From assembly GCA_037439485.1 (NCBI GenBank), contig JBBIVY010000003.1:1452-65451 (forward strand): DNA of 64,000 bases, written 5' to 3'. The notes under the pieces are model-generated. The model was not told where the DNA came from and made no database searches. It worked only from the letters and a program-made list of their open reading frames with translations. The stretch is from Planctomycetota bacterium (GTDB lineage Bacteria > Planctomycetota > DG-23 > DATKVD01). How positions within the stretch are numbered: position 1 is the stretch's first letter; each line of letters opens with the position of its first letter. Positions 36,794 to 46,330 of the stretch are shown here, one piece after another. Position numbers and translations under genes: made by a program.

Positions 36794-38469
36794 CCTGCAT
36801 AGTATCGCCGGAGCATCCGCCTGCGGGGCAGGTCGACGGGGAAGCCGGCGCGGTCGGCGTGGTAGATGCGGGCGAGTTCCTCGAAATCCGCGTCGAGGAC
36901 GTCGGTCATCCGGCCGCGGGAGCGGTCGAGTTCGGCGTCGATCTCGGCACGGAGCGCAAGGAGCCGCCAGCGGACGTCCTTCTTCGCGGAGGTCGGCATC
37001 ATCGCCTCGACGGAGCGCGCGGAGGCCAGCGTCTCGGCGGCGCCCGAGAGACTTACGCACTTGAACGCGGCGCTCGCGGGGAAGCCGGGCGGGTTCGATT
37101 TCGCGGCCGCGGGGTCTTCCCTGAGGGCAATGCTCCGCGCGTGCCGTGCTTCCATCCCGGCGACGATGCGCTCGACGGCCTCGACCGACTCCGAGCCGAA
37201 GTAGTTCGAGGCATACTCGCGCACGGTCTCGGCGGCGTCCTGGCCGTCCCAATAATGCCCCAGGCAGATCGCCTTGTTGAGGTCCTCGTAGATCCCCTCG
37301 GAGTAGGGGAACCCGCCGCTGAGCTTCGAGCCCGCCGAGTCCCACAGGCTCTGGATGTGCCGCGGCAGCGGGTTGGCGCCATAACCGCCCCAGGGGAAGC
37401 TCTTATACATGCTGATCTCGGGGAAGTTGAGGAGCTTCGCGCCGCCCGGCGCGCCGTGGGCGAGGGTGTGCGCGGGATAGTTGTCGCCGGAATCGTCGGC
37501 GAGGAGGTACTTCAGCCACTTCGGCGGCGCTTCGTTCGCCGCCTTCGCGAAGCCGTCCCATTCGCCCGAGGTGAAGTGGTCGAAATACCAGGTCGAGAGG
37601 ATGATCTCCGTTCGCGGCATCACCTCGCCAATGACCCCGGCCACGGCGTCCGCGGTGCGCAGGAAGCCGTTTGCCCCCCAGGGCGCACACCGGCCGCACG
37701 TGCATCCGCCCTGGTCGTAGGGCCAGATCCACGTGAAGCGGATGTCGAGGTCGGCGAAGGCCCGGAGCATCTCGCGCCGGGTGCTCGTGATGTAGTCGAG
37801 CCCGCCCGGTTTTGACGGGCAGATTTCATCGTGATAGTGTCCGCCCGGCTCGGAGGTGTAGCCGTCGTGTCCCGCCGTCCAGTCGGCGCGCAACTCCTGG
37901 GGGCTGTCGGCGTAGCCTTCGTTGCCGATCGTGACGAGCGCCCCCGCGATGCCGACCTGTTCCGCGGCGCGCAATATCGAGTGAAGCCGGCGGATCATCT
38001 CCTTTGCGGCGGGGTCGGCGAGGCCGGTGTAATGGTGCATGTCGAACCAGACCGCGAGCGTGTTGCATCCCCAGAGCGCGAGGTCGCGGACGTAGGCGTT
38101 CACTTCGTCGAGGGGGGCATTGTGGTAGAAGTTGTGGAAGTGCGTCGCGAAGTAGATTCCGCGGATAGGCCGCTCCGGGACGGAGGCCCCGCGCCAGCGC
38201 GAGGGATCGAGCCCGGCGTTGGTCCACCGGCTCGTGCGGAGGAACTTCCCCACGCCCGGCATGAGCCCGCCCGGCCTGTGCGCGATGATCTTGATCGGCC
38301 CCCGAGGCGAGCCGTCGATTTCGAACCCGTCGTCCTCGCCGTCCAGGAGGTCCAGCACCACCTCTACCCGCTTCGCCCGCCTCCGCGTCAGTTCCTCCAT
38401 CAACACCTGCGCCGCCGCATCCACCAGCGGCTCGCCTTTCGCTTCCTTCGTCGCGCGGACGCGGATCAT
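36790..38469 (-). CDS. putative TIM-barrel glycoside-hydrolase-like protein (560 aa)
   Basis: ORF 36790-39069 trimmed to ATG 38469 (MIRVRATKEAKGE...) just downstream of SGNH gene stop; segment GIYFATHFHNFYHNAPLDEVNAYVRDLALWGCNTLAVWFDMHHY resembles GH-like TIM barrel; family not resolved. Confidence 0.55.
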   Translation of the reverse strand: MIRVRATKEAKGEPLVDAAAQVLMEELTRRRAKRVEVVLDLLDGEDDGFEIDGSPRGPIKIIAHRPGGLMPGVGKFLRTSRWTNAGLDPSRWRGASVPERPIRGIYFATHFHNFYHNAPLDEVNAYVRDLALWGCNTLAVWFDMHHYTGLADPAAKEMIRRLHSILRAAEQVGIAGALVTIGNEGYADSPQELRADWTAGHDGYTSEPGGHYHDEICPSKPGGLDYITSTRREMLRAFADLDIRFTWIWPYDQGGCTCGRCAPWGANGFLRTADAVAGVIGEVMPRTEIILSTWYFDHFTSGEWDGFAKAANEAPPKWLKYLLADDSGDNYPAHTLAHGAPGGAKLLNFPEISMYKSFPWGGYGANPLPRHIQSLWDSAGSKLSGGFPYSEGIYEDLNKAICLGHYWDGQDAAETVREYASNYFGSESVEAVERIVAGMEARHARSIALREDPAAAKSNPPGFPASAAFKCVSLSGAAETLASARSVEAMMPTSAKKDVRWRLLALRAEIDAELDRSRGRMTDVLDADFEELARIYHADRAGFPVDLPRRRMLRRYYAG

Positions 38470-38495
38470 GATGTTCCTCTTTGGGATCGCGCTCT

Positions 38496-38538
38496 TTGTT
38501 CTTCCCTCTCCGTTGGGGAAGAGGGAAGAGAAGACTAC
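38496..38538. repeat. REP-like hairpin + CTAC overlapping stop codon of SGNH hydrolase gene
   Basis: CTTCCCTCT-ccgttgggg-AAGAGGGAAG then AGAAGACTAC; CTA (38535-38537) is rc TAG stop of 38535-39803. Confidence 0.45.
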
Positions 38539-39803
38539 TTCTTCGCCGCATAGGGCGGCCAGTCGAAGTGGGGCGCGCCGAAGAGGGTTTCGAGTATCTC
38601 GGCCATCATGACGTGGCCCATGATGTCGGGGTGATAGTCGTTGGCGAGATAGGCCCAGGCGTATTTCTCGCCGCGATACATGCTCCAGCGGGTGATGTCG
38701 GCGAAGGCGACCTTCTCCGCCTTGGCGAAGGCGCGGAGTTTCTCGCTGATTTCCTTGGAGAGCTTTGGGATGCTGCCGCCGGTGGTGGGGGACATGACGA
38801 CGATCTGCGAGGTCTTCTTCTTCAGCGTATCGACGAGGACCTTGACGTTCGCGAGCCACTGGTCGGGGGACTTGCCCGCCCAGCCCATGTCGTTGGCGCC
38901 GAACTCGATGAGGACAACATCCTCCGTGCCCGTCTCGGCGAGCACCTCGGGCAGCTTGGACTTCGCCTGTTCCGCCTGCCAGCCGCCCCAGCCCTTCTGC
39001 ACGGGGGTGATGCCCTTGTAGCCGTAGCGCGTTTCCAGACCGCGCGCGAGGTCGGAGAAATAGAGGCACGGCATGATGTCCGCGGGTTTCAGGCCCCAGT
39101 TGCCCCGGTTCGCCTGCGCGCCCGCCGTGACGGAATCGCCGAACCCGATGATCTTGAACGGCTTCTTCTCCTTCAGCCGCGCGACCGTGGGCGCCAGCGC
39201 CTCGGCCCCGCCCACGAGGTCCTTCGTGTTGATCGTCTCATCCGGCCCCGCCGTGGGCGTGATCGCCGGGCTTGAGTCGAACGCCGGGCCTTCGGTGCCG
39301 AGGCGGTCGATGATGAACCACACGTCGTGCTCGGCGGGTTTGGCCAGGCCTATGGCGAACATGTACCCGAGGTCGGGCTTGTCGGCCTTCGTGCCCAACT
39401 GCTCCCACGTGAGGTCAATCTTCTTCCACTCGGGCGTCACCTTAAAGGTCGCCTTGCCCTTGATCGTCATCTCGAGCGGCTCCGACGACTTGGCATAGAG
39501 CGTGATTCCTGCCATGCCGGTCGGCCACGCGTCGTTCTCGTAGGTGAGCGTGCCCTTCTCTCCCGCCTTCACGTCGACGCGAAGGGCGACGCCGTCGGTC
39601 ACGGAGTCTTTCGTCGCGTAGCGCCGCGCCCCGACCGGCAGCACCTTGCCCGGGCCGCCGAGCTGCACGCAGAACCAGAGGCCCGTGCGGTTCTCGGAGG
39701 AGTCTCCGCCCTTCTTGAACGGCTTGAAGTCGCCGCGCGCGAGCGCGGGGGCCAGCATCACCGCGACGGCCGCGGCGAGACACAGGGCTCTTCGCGTCGT
39801 CAT
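38535..39803 (-). CDS. secreted SGNH/GDSL hydrolase
   Basis: ORF 38535-39827, best start ATG 39803 (SD AGGAGG 7 nt upstream; MTTRRALCLAAAVAVMLAPALA signal); GDS motif IIGFGDSVTAG, catalytic DYHPDIMGH. Confidence 0.8.
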   Translation of the reverse strand: MTTRRALCLAAAVAVMLAPALARGDFKPFKKGGDSSENRTGLWFCVQLGGPGKVLPVGARRYATKDSVTDGVALRVDVKAGEKGTLTYENDAWPTGMAGITLYAKSSEPLEMTIKGKATFKVTPEWKKIDLTWEQLGTKADKPDLGYMFAIGLAKPAEHDVWFIIDRLGTEGPAFDSSPAITPTAGPDETINTKDLVGGAEALAPTVARLKEKKPFKIIGFGDSVTAGAQANRGNWGLKPADIMPCLYFSDLARGLETRYGYKGITPVQKGWGGWQAEQAKSKLPEVLAETGTEDVVLIEFGANDMGWAGKSPDQWLANVKVLVDTLKKKTSQIVVMSPTTGGSIPKLSKEISEKLRAFAKAEKVAFADITRWSMYRGEKYAWAYLANDYHPDIMGHVMMAEILETLFGAPHFDWPPYAAKK

Positions 39804-39902
39804 CTTCATTCCTCCTCGTGTGGGCAATGGGGTTTGCGCATATCAGCCTATCCATCCCGCGGCGGCAGTCAAGCACCATCCGCAGGGCCGGGCGGAGAAT
39901 TC

Positions 39903-39931
39903 TTGACAAAACGCCCGAAAATCGCCATAAT
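39903..39931 (+). promoter_or_regulatory. near-consensus sigma70 promoter for gene 39985-40488
   Basis: TTGACA (39903-39908) - 17 nt - CATAAT (39926-39931); SD AAAGGAGAGAGGG precedes ATG 39985. Confidence 0.65.
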
Positions 39932-39984
39932 ATGAGACCTTTACGGGACGGGGTGTCGCATACGTTCTACCAAAGGAGAGAGGG

Positions 39985-40488
39985 ATGAAGACGTTTGCGA
40001 AGTGGCTGCTCGTGGGTTCGTGCGCAGCGATGGTGATGGGTTTCGCCTATTGGGCGAGTGCTGCGGGCGATGCTCCGAAGGCCGTTGAGGGCAAGGCTGC
40101 GGACACCAAGGCCGTGGACTCCAAGGCGGCCGAGGGCAAGGCGGATACGCCCGTTGTCATCGGCAAGTCCGGCAAGAAGTATCACGTCGAGGGATGCAAG
40201 CAACTCAACGACGACGTCACCAAGCTCACGCTGGGCGAGGCGACCGTCAAGGGCTACACCCCGTGCGGCTCGTGCAAGCCGCCGGTGCTCACGGTCTACG
40301 TGACGAAAAGCGGCAAGAGCTATCACAACGACGGCTGTGCGTCGCTCGCCTCCAGCAAGACCGCGATGACCTTCGCCGACGCCATCGCCCAGGGCTATGA
40401 GCCGTGCAAAAAGTGCAACCCGCCCGCGATGCCGAAGGAAGACACGACGGCCACGGACAAGACGGACAAGAAGACCGACAAGAAGTAA
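39985..40488 (+). CDS. small secreted Lys-rich protein with two ~45-aa H/C-containing repeats (putative metal-binding)
   Basis: 167 aa; signal MKTFAKWLLVGSCAAMVMGFAYWASA; repeats GKSGKKYHVEGCKQL...GYTPCGSCKPP and TKSGKSYHNDGCASL...GYEPCKKCNPP (H-x3-C...C-x2-C each); own promoter and terminator. Confidence 0.7.
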   Translation: MKTFAKWLLVGSCAAMVMGFAYWASAAGDAPKAVEGKAADTKAVDSKAAEGKADTPVVIGKSGKKYHVEGCKQLNDDVTKLTLGEATVKGYTPCGSCKPPVLTVYVTKSGKSYHNDGCASLASSKTAMTFADAIAQGYEPCKKCNPPAMPKEDTTATDKTDKKTDKK

Positions 40489-40515
40489 GCGCAAATCTCA
40501 AGGCGTGCCACTCCA

Positions 40516-40558
40516 GGGGCGACGGTGCTGTTTGGCCGTCGCCCCCGTGTTTTTGTGT
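40516..40558 (+). terminator. strong intrinsic terminator
   Basis: GGGGCGACGG-tgctgtttgg-CCGTCGCCCC followed by CGTGTTTTTGTGTGG. Confidence 0.75.
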
Positions 40559-40571
40559 GGCTTATGTGGCA

Positions 40572-40587
40572 TCCCGACGCGTCGGGA
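40572..40587. repeat. small palindrome TCCCGACGCGTCGGGA (family 3)
   Basis: near-identical TCCCGACGTGTCGGGA at 54562-54577 inside composite REP; both intergenic. Confidence 0.4.
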
Positions 40588-40830
40588 CGGATTTCGAGAG
40601 GTTCCACTACTGGAACCTCTGCTTCCCAAAAAGGGGTCAAAAACGGCCGAAATACTCGAGGTTCCGGGGTTCCAGTGATTGTGCCTCCACTGGTGCCCTG
40701 TGGACTGGAAGCTGATTTTTGTGGTTGCTTGTCGAGCCGACCACAATCTGTAGTGGTGGCGTCCGCCGACGGAATAGAGGTCGCGATCTTCAATGATGAT
40801 ACGGTAACGCTCTCTTTGCGTTGAATTGGC

Positions 40831-40858
40831 TTGCGTTAGGGCCGGGGATTGCTATACT
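40831..40858 (+). promoter_or_regulatory. candidate promoter upstream of yajC
   Basis: TTGCGT - 16 nt - TATACT; followed by small hairpin CCGGGTCTAACCCGG; weak -35. Confidence 0.3.
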
Positions 40859-40912
40859 GCCGGGTCTAACCCGGGAAGGCCGGGCGTCACGCTTTGGATA
40901 ACGGAGGCTCAA

Positions 40913-41260
40913 ATGGGGTTTCTGCTTGCTGACGGCGCCGCGCAAGGCAGTAATGGATGGGCGATGGCCCTCCAGTTCCTGCCTTTTGTCGCGATCATCC
41001 TCATCTTCTGGTTCCTGGTCTTCCGGCCCGAGCGCCAGAAGCAGAAGAAGCGACAGGAGCTCATCGAGTCCATCACCAAGAACGACAAGATCATCACCAT
41101 CGGCGGCATGCACGGCGTCGTGAAGTCGATCAACGACACGGAACTGGTGCTGCTGGTGGACGAGAAGACGGGCGCGCAGATCAAGTTCAACCGCTCGGCG
41201 ATCTTCACCAAGGTCACCGGCGACGAGCAGAAGGGCGAGTTGGAGCCGCCTCAGAAGTGA
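40913..41260 (+). CDS. yajC: preprotein translocase subunit YajC
   Basis: ORF 40826-41260 trimmed to ATG 40913 (SD GGAGG 5 nt upstream); single TM LQFLPFVAIILIFWFLVFRPERQKQKKRQE..., 115 aa. Confidence 0.85.
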   Translation: MGFLLADGAAQGSNGWAMALQFLPFVAIILIFWFLVFRPERQKQKKRQELIESITKNDKIITIGGMHGVVKSINDTELVLLVDEKTGAQIKFNRSAIFTKVTGDEQKGELEPPQK

Positions 41261-41378
41261 CACGTGACAACCGAATTCGTGACGACTGGCGACTGACGAC
41301 TGACAAGTGAAAGAGGAGATCCTGCGCCGCGCACTCTTTTTCGTTGTCTGTCAGTAGTCACGTGTCAGTTGTCAGTCC
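41257..41378. repeat. MITE-like inverted-repeat element (copy 2) inserted between yajC and secDF
   Basis: AAGTGACACGTGACAACCGAATTCGTGACGACTGGCGACTGACGACTGACAAG ... CGTTGTCTGTCAGTAGTCACGTGTCAGTTGTCAGTCC; begins at yajC stop codon; homologous to 35418-35536. Confidence 0.55.
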
Positions 41379-41415
41379 GCACGGACCCCAGGAAAAAAGG
41401 CAGAGGAGCTCTCAG

Positions 41416-44400
41416 ATGTCCGACAGCAGCCTTCGCTGGAGAATCCCGTTCATCATCGGCCTGACGCTGGTCGGGGCGTTCGTGGTGTGGTACGGCGCGC
41501 GGCATCCGGAGAACGGGCTGAAGCTGGGGTTCGACCTGAAGGGCGGCGTGGAGTTGACGTACCGCGTCGAGGGCGCGCTGACGCCCGAGATGGCGGCGAA
41601 GATGACGCCCGATCAGATCAAGAAGTACAAGGAATCCGTTGCCGGCCGCACTGAGGAAGTCATCAAGGTCGTATCCAAGCGTCTCGACCCGACCGGCGTG
41701 AAGGCCCCCGACATCCGCAGCGAGTCGACCGGCGAGATCATCATCCGCCTGCCGGGGTTGACGGTGGAGGAGGTGGCCTCGATCCAGCGGCGCGCCGAGC
41801 AGATGGGGCGGCTGGAGTTCCGCATCGTGGTTTCCCCGGACGAATACGCGAAGATGTCGTCCGAGCAGAAGGCCGGCGTCAAGAAGATGCTGATGCCCGA
41901 AAAGCACCGGGGCGGCGCCAATCTCCCCGGCGATTGCGTGACCTACACCCCCGTGTACATCCTGATGCACGACAAGTATGAAGTCACCGGCGAGATGCTG
42001 AACCGGGCCTATCCGACGAGCGACGAGATGGGCATGCCGGCGGTCGGGTTCACGTTCAACTCCGAGGGCGCCCGGCGCTTCGGGGAGATGACCGGCGCGC
42101 TCGCCGGCAAAGGCTCCATCGCCATCATCCTCAACGACACGCTGAAGAGCGCCCCCAACGTCAAGTCCCGCATCACCAGCTCCGGCATCATCGAGGGCAG
42201 CTACACCCAGGACGAAGTCAACGAGATGGTCACCGTCCTGCAGGCCGGTTCGCTGCCGGCGTCGCTGACCCTGCAGAGCAAGACCTTCGTCGGCCCCGAG
42301 CTGGGCGCCGACAGCTATGACCGCGGGTTCCATTCCTGCGAGCTGTCGCTTCTCATCGTCGTCGCCTTCATGCTGTGCTACTACCTCGTCGCCGGGGCCA
42401 TCGCCGACCTGGCGCTCACGCTCAACCTCCTCTTCCTCATCGCCGCCATGATGCTCACCGGCGCCGTGCTCACGCTGCCCGGCATCGCCGGCATCGTGCT
42501 GACGCTGGGCATGGCCGTCGACGCCAACATCCTGATCTACGAGCGCGTCCGCGAGGAGCAGGCCCAGGGGCAAAGCCTGCGCATCGCCGTCAAGAACGGC
42601 TACGCCCGCGCCTTCTGGACCATTTTCGACTCGCACGTCACCACCCTCATCTCCGGCATCGTCCTCTACTGGCTCGGCACCGGCTCCGTCCGCGGCTTCG
42701 CCGTCACGCTGTGCATCGGCATCATCCTGAGCCTGTTCACCGCGCTCTTCGTCACGCGTATCGTCTTCGACGTCCTGATCTCCAAGGGCTGGCTGAAGGA
42801 CCGCGTCGTCATGCTGCACATCTTCCGCAAGCCCCCGAGCGTCCGCTGGATCCGCCTGGCGCCGGTCTTCTTCATCGTCTCCGGCATCGCCATCACGCTG
42901 GGCATGATCGTCTTCTTCTATCGCGGCCGCGAGAACTACGGCATCGACTTCTCCTCCGGCACCGAGATGCACCTGCGGCTGAAGGGCATCGAGGCGAAGC
43001 CCTCCGAGCCGACGGCCGAGGCCGGCGGCAAGTCGCGCTTCACGATGGCGTTCTACCACCGCCAGCCCGGCGGGCTTGTGCCCGTCGAGGCGACCGAAAC
43101 GGTCGTCCGCGAAGGCATCCAGCGCCTGGTCGACTGGAAGGACCCCAAGGACCCGATCCCGCCGATCGCCATCAAGGACGTCTCAAAGGACGTGACGCTG
43201 ACGTGGCCGGCGGGCAAGAAGGACTCCGGCACCGGCGTCACCGTGACTGTTGTCGAGCCCAAGGGCGGCTCGGCCGTCGCCCAGGCCCTCGTCGCGGGCA
43301 TCGAGAAGGCCGGCTTCAAGGTCTTCCGCGACCGCATGGACATCGAGGCGGTGCGGAAGATGGTCACCGCCGCCGGCTACCCGACCGCCAACGTGCAGAC
43401 TTCGTTCGGTAACGAGGCGGCCGTGGGACGCCATGACAGCGACCAGTTCACCTTCCGCATCTCCGGGAAGTCCGACAACGAAACTCAGGAGCAGCGCGAG
43501 GCGGTCCCGACCGATATCGAGAACGGGTTCCGCGACGTCGTCGACTTCAAGAGCGTCAAGACGGACGTCCTCACGGATGACGATGCGGCGAAGAAGATGT
43601 GCCACGTGACGCTGACCTTCCGCGACCCGGTCGACAACGGCCTTCTGGGCCTGCGGCAGGTCCACGTGGAGCGCTCGCTCGAACATCTCAATATCCGCCT
43701 GCCCGACGGGAAATTCCTGCCCGGGGTGAAGGTCGACTTCCCCTCGGAGCGCAAGTACTTCGAGACCATCACCATCGACGTGCCCCTCGACCGCAAGGCC
43801 GACATCGAGAAGAAGCTCGTCGTGAAGGACGCCTTCGCGTTCCCGGACGCGTTCACGGGCTATTACTTCGTCAACCCCGGCCAGGCGCGGTCCATCGCGT
43901 GGTCCGCGGTGTGGGCGGCCCTGTTGAGCTTCCTCGGCATCTGCGTCTACGTGTGGCTCCGGTTCGGCGGGTTCAAGTACGGCCTCGGCGCGGTCGTGTC
44001 GCTCGTCCACGACGTGCTCTACACCCTCGGGTTCCTCGCCTGCATGGCGTGGCTGGCGGAGACGCAGTTCGGCGAGAAGCTGGGCATCGGCGACGTGAGG
44101 CTTTCGCTCGACGTCGTCGCGGGCGTGTTGACCCTCATCGGCTACTCGATCAACGACACGATCGTGGTCTTCGACCGTATCCGCGAGAACCTGCGCAAGC
44201 GCGCCCGCGAGATGCGCGGCAAGCGCCAGATCGGGAACATCCTCACCCCGGAGCTGATCGACCGGTCCATCAACCAGACCATGGCGCGAACGGTGTTGAC
44301 GAGCTTCACGGTCTGGATCGTGTGCGTGACGCTCTACTTTGGCGCCGGCATGACGCTGCGCGGCATGTCGCTGGCCCTTATCTTCGGCGTCGCCGTCGGA

Positions 44401-44544
44401 ACCTTCTCCTCGTTCGCCATCGCGTGCCCGATTCTGGTGATGACGTACATGCGCGAAGAGCGCAAGGCGCACGCGAAGGGAGAACTGACCGCTATCGAAC
44501 AGGAGGTCGCCGAGGAGGCCGAGAAGCCCGAAGAAGAAGCGTGA
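41416..44544 (+). CDS. secDF: fused protein-export membrane protein SecD-SecF
   Basis: ORF 41344-44544 trimmed to ATG 41416 (SD GGCAGAGGAG); 1042 aa; N-terminal SecD with periplasmic domain and 6 TM (GxxxD...), C-terminal SecF half with second 6-TM bundle. Confidence 0.9.
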   Translation: MSDSSLRWRIPFIIGLTLVGAFVVWYGARHPENGLKLGFDLKGGVELTYRVEGALTPEMAAKMTPDQIKKYKESVAGRTEEVIKVVSKRLDPTGVKAPDIRSESTGEIIIRLPGLTVEEVASIQRRAEQMGRLEFRIVVSPDEYAKMSSEQKAGVKKMLMPEKHRGGANLPGDCVTYTPVYILMHDKYEVTGEMLNRAYPTSDEMGMPAVGFTFNSEGARRFGEMTGALAGKGSIAIILNDTLKSAPNVKSRITSSGIIEGSYTQDEVNEMVTVLQAGSLPASLTLQSKTFVGPELGADSYDRGFHSCELSLLIVVAFMLCYYLVAGAIADLALTLNLLFLIAAMMLTGAVLTLPGIAGIVLTLGMAVDANILIYERVREEQAQGQSLRIAVKNGYARAFWTIFDSHVTTLISGIVLYWLGTGSVRGFAVTLCIGIILSLFTALFVTRIVFDVLISKGWLKDRVVMLHIFRKPPSVRWIRLAPVFFIVSGIAITLGMIVFFYRGRENYGIDFSSGTEMHLRLKGIEAKPSEPTAEAGGKSRFTMAFYHRQPGGLVPVEATETVVREGIQRLVDWKDPKDPIPPIAIKDVSKDVTLTWPAGKKDSGTGVTVTVVEPKGGSAVAQALVAGIEKAGFKVFRDRMDIEAVRKMVTAAGYPTANVQTSFGNEAAVGRHDSDQFTFRISGKSDNETQEQREAVPTDIENGFRDVVDFKSVKTDVLTDDDAAKKMCHVTLTFRDPVDNGLLGLRQVHVERSLEHLNIRLPDGKFLPGVKVDFPSERKYFETITIDVPLDRKADIEKKLVVKDAFAFPDAFTGYYFVNPGQARSIAWSAVWAALLSFLGICVYVWLRFGGFKYGLGAVVSLVHDVLYTLGFLACMAWLAETQFGEKLGIGDVRLSLDVVAGVLTLIGYSINDTIVVFDRIRENLRKRAREMRGKRQIGNILTPELIDRSINQTMARTVLTSFTVWIVCVTLYFGAGMTLRGMSLALIFGVAVGTFSSFAIACPILVMTYMREERKAHAKGELTAIEQEVAEEAEKPEEEA

Positions 44545-44827
44545 TACTCGTCACGAAACGCGACGTTCTTTAAAGATTCCGCGCGAATTTGTGAATTTTC
44601 CTTGCAGCACCCTACCCCTCTCGCCGATAACACACATGGGTAAGGGAGGGGTCCCTCCGAAAGAGCAACGCTTCATCCACTGTACGAGTCATCATACGAC
44701 TACGCATCCCAACTCCGACCGATCGGGGACCGCTTGACGGGCGAGGGTGCGCGGGTGAAGCTCCGGTTCGACCCCAGGGGTTAATCACGTCGGGCGCAAG
44801 CGGGCCCATGTTCTGAAGGAGAAGGCG

Positions 44828-46156
44828 ATGAACCGGGATGTGAAGATTGGTCTGGCGATCGGGTTGCTGCTGCTGGTGGGTCTCTTCGTGTGGTTCGCTG
44901 TGAAGGCGAGCCGCAACAACAAGTCGACCGAAACCCCCGTGGCGACCAACACGGGTGCGGACACGACGACCACCGGTGCGGACAAGACAGGCGACGTCCC
45001 GGGCGTCGGCGGCGACTACTTCGCCGGCGACTGTGGCACCACGGGCACCTACAACCTCGGCAAGCCGGGCGACACCACGAAGCCCGGCGACGTCACCCCC
45101 GACGGCATGGGGTACCTCGACGGGCTGAAGAAGCCCGGCGTGACGGCGAAGCCCGGCGACACGACCGGTCCGGTCGCGAAGCCGACGACGAAGCCGACCA
45201 CGAAGCCGGATACCGGCACGGCGTCGAACCCGCCGGCGACCTACGTGGTCAAGGACGGGGACACCCTAAGTACCATCAGCCGCAAGGTTTACGGCTCGGC
45301 GCGCTACTGGGAGAAGATCGCCGACGCCAATAACCTGGGTGACGGCAAGGGCATCCGCAAGGGTCAGACGCTGAAGATCCCGGCACTGGCCGGCGACGAG
45401 CGCGCCCATGTCACCGCGCACCATGTGACCCCGGCGCCGGCCCCCACGGCGGAAGTTTCGCTGCCGGCGGACGGCTTCATCCGGCACAAGGTTGCCAAGG
45501 GCGACACGCTCGAAGGACTTTCCATGAAGTACTTCGGCGACAAGAAGCACATCAAGGCGATCATGGAGGCCAACAAGCTGACGAACGACAAGTTGCGCGT
45601 CGGCAGCACGATCCTCATCCCGAAGAGCTCGTCGACCGTGACGGCCCACGTCGTCACCCCGACGCCGCCGGCGCCGCTGCCGTTGCCCGCGACGGCCTCG
45701 GTGACTCCGGTTGAGCCGCCGAAGAGCGAGTACGTGGTGCAGGAAGGCGACACGCTGGAGAAGATCGCCATCAAGTTCTTCGGAACGCCTCGGCACTACC
45801 TGGCGATCATGCAGGCGAACAACCTCGAGGACCCGCGCTCGCTCCAGATCGGCACCAAGCTCCACATCCCGGCGAAGCCTGATACCGCCGCCGCTTCGGG
45901 TGCGTTCCTGCCCGCCACCACGACGACCGTCTCCATGGACGCCGGGCTTGTGGCCGGCGAGAAGAAGTACACGGTGAAGGAGGGCGAGACGTTCGCCATC
46001 ATCGCCGCCGAGCAGCTCGGCAGCTCGCGCTACGCCGAGGACGTGATGAAGCGCAACAGGATGACCGAGGCCGATACGCTCCGCCCCGGCGACGTCCTCA
46101 TCCTGCCGGCGCATACGAATCTCCACTCGCTCACCGCGGTGACGCGAGGTCGGTAA
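44828..46156 (+). CDS. membrane-anchored protein with four LysM peptidoglycan-binding domains
   Basis: 442 aa; TM anchor IGLAIGLLLLVGLFVWFAV; Thr/Pro-rich linkers; LysM units YVVKDGDTLSTISRKVYG, HKVAKGDTLEGLSMKYFG, YVVQEGDTLEKIAIKFFG, YTVKEGETFAIIAAEQLG. Confidence 0.85.
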   Translation: MNRDVKIGLAIGLLLLVGLFVWFAVKASRNNKSTETPVATNTGADTTTTGADKTGDVPGVGGDYFAGDCGTTGTYNLGKPGDTTKPGDVTPDGMGYLDGLKKPGVTAKPGDTTGPVAKPTTKPTTKPDTGTASNPPATYVVKDGDTLSTISRKVYGSARYWEKIADANNLGDGKGIRKGQTLKIPALAGDERAHVTAHHVTPAPAPTAEVSLPADGFIRHKVAKGDTLEGLSMKYFGDKKHIKAIMEANKLTNDKLRVGSTILIPKSSSTVTAHVVTPTPPAPLPLPATASVTPVEPPKSEYVVQEGDTLEKIAIKFFGTPRHYLAIMQANNLEDPRSLQIGTKLHIPAKPDTAAASGAFLPATTTTVSMDAGLVAGEKKYTVKEGETFAIIAAEQLGSSRYAEDVMKRNRMTEADTLRPGDVLILPAHTNLHSLTAVTRGR

Positions 46157-46183
46157 CCGGCAATTTCTGCCTGCCGCATCCAT

Positions 46184-46229
46184 CGGCCTCCTCTCGATGA
46201 ACTCGGGAGGAGGCCGTTTTCATTTCTCT
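46184..46229 (+). terminator. intrinsic terminator after LysM gene
   Basis: CGGCCTCCTC-13 nt loop-GAGGAGGCCG followed by TTTTCATTTCTCTC. Confidence 0.6.
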
Positions 46230-46330
46230 CGACAGGCTGATGCCAAAGGGATAGCGGGTCGGGCGACGGAAGCCCCAAGGGGTTGTGGTTGCCGACGTGT
46301 GTGCGAGGCCTGTCGCTTCAGGGCGGGCGT

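Noticed and set aside
31774-37815. ORFs 31774-33162(+), 33975-35219(+), 35489-36802(+), 36730-37815(+)
   Set aside because: Antisense to ruvB, the TPR/alpha-CTD gene, MFS and GH-like genes respectively
41365-44472. - strand ORFs 41365-43059 and 43183-44472, + strand 42375-43412, 43599-44573
   Set aside because: Overlap secDF, whose TM topology and SecD/SecF motifs are clear in the annotated frame
44545-44600. Terminator after secDF (CGTCACG-aaa-CGCGACG + TTCTTT)
   Set aside because: Stem has a mismatch and a 3-nt loop; too weak to call
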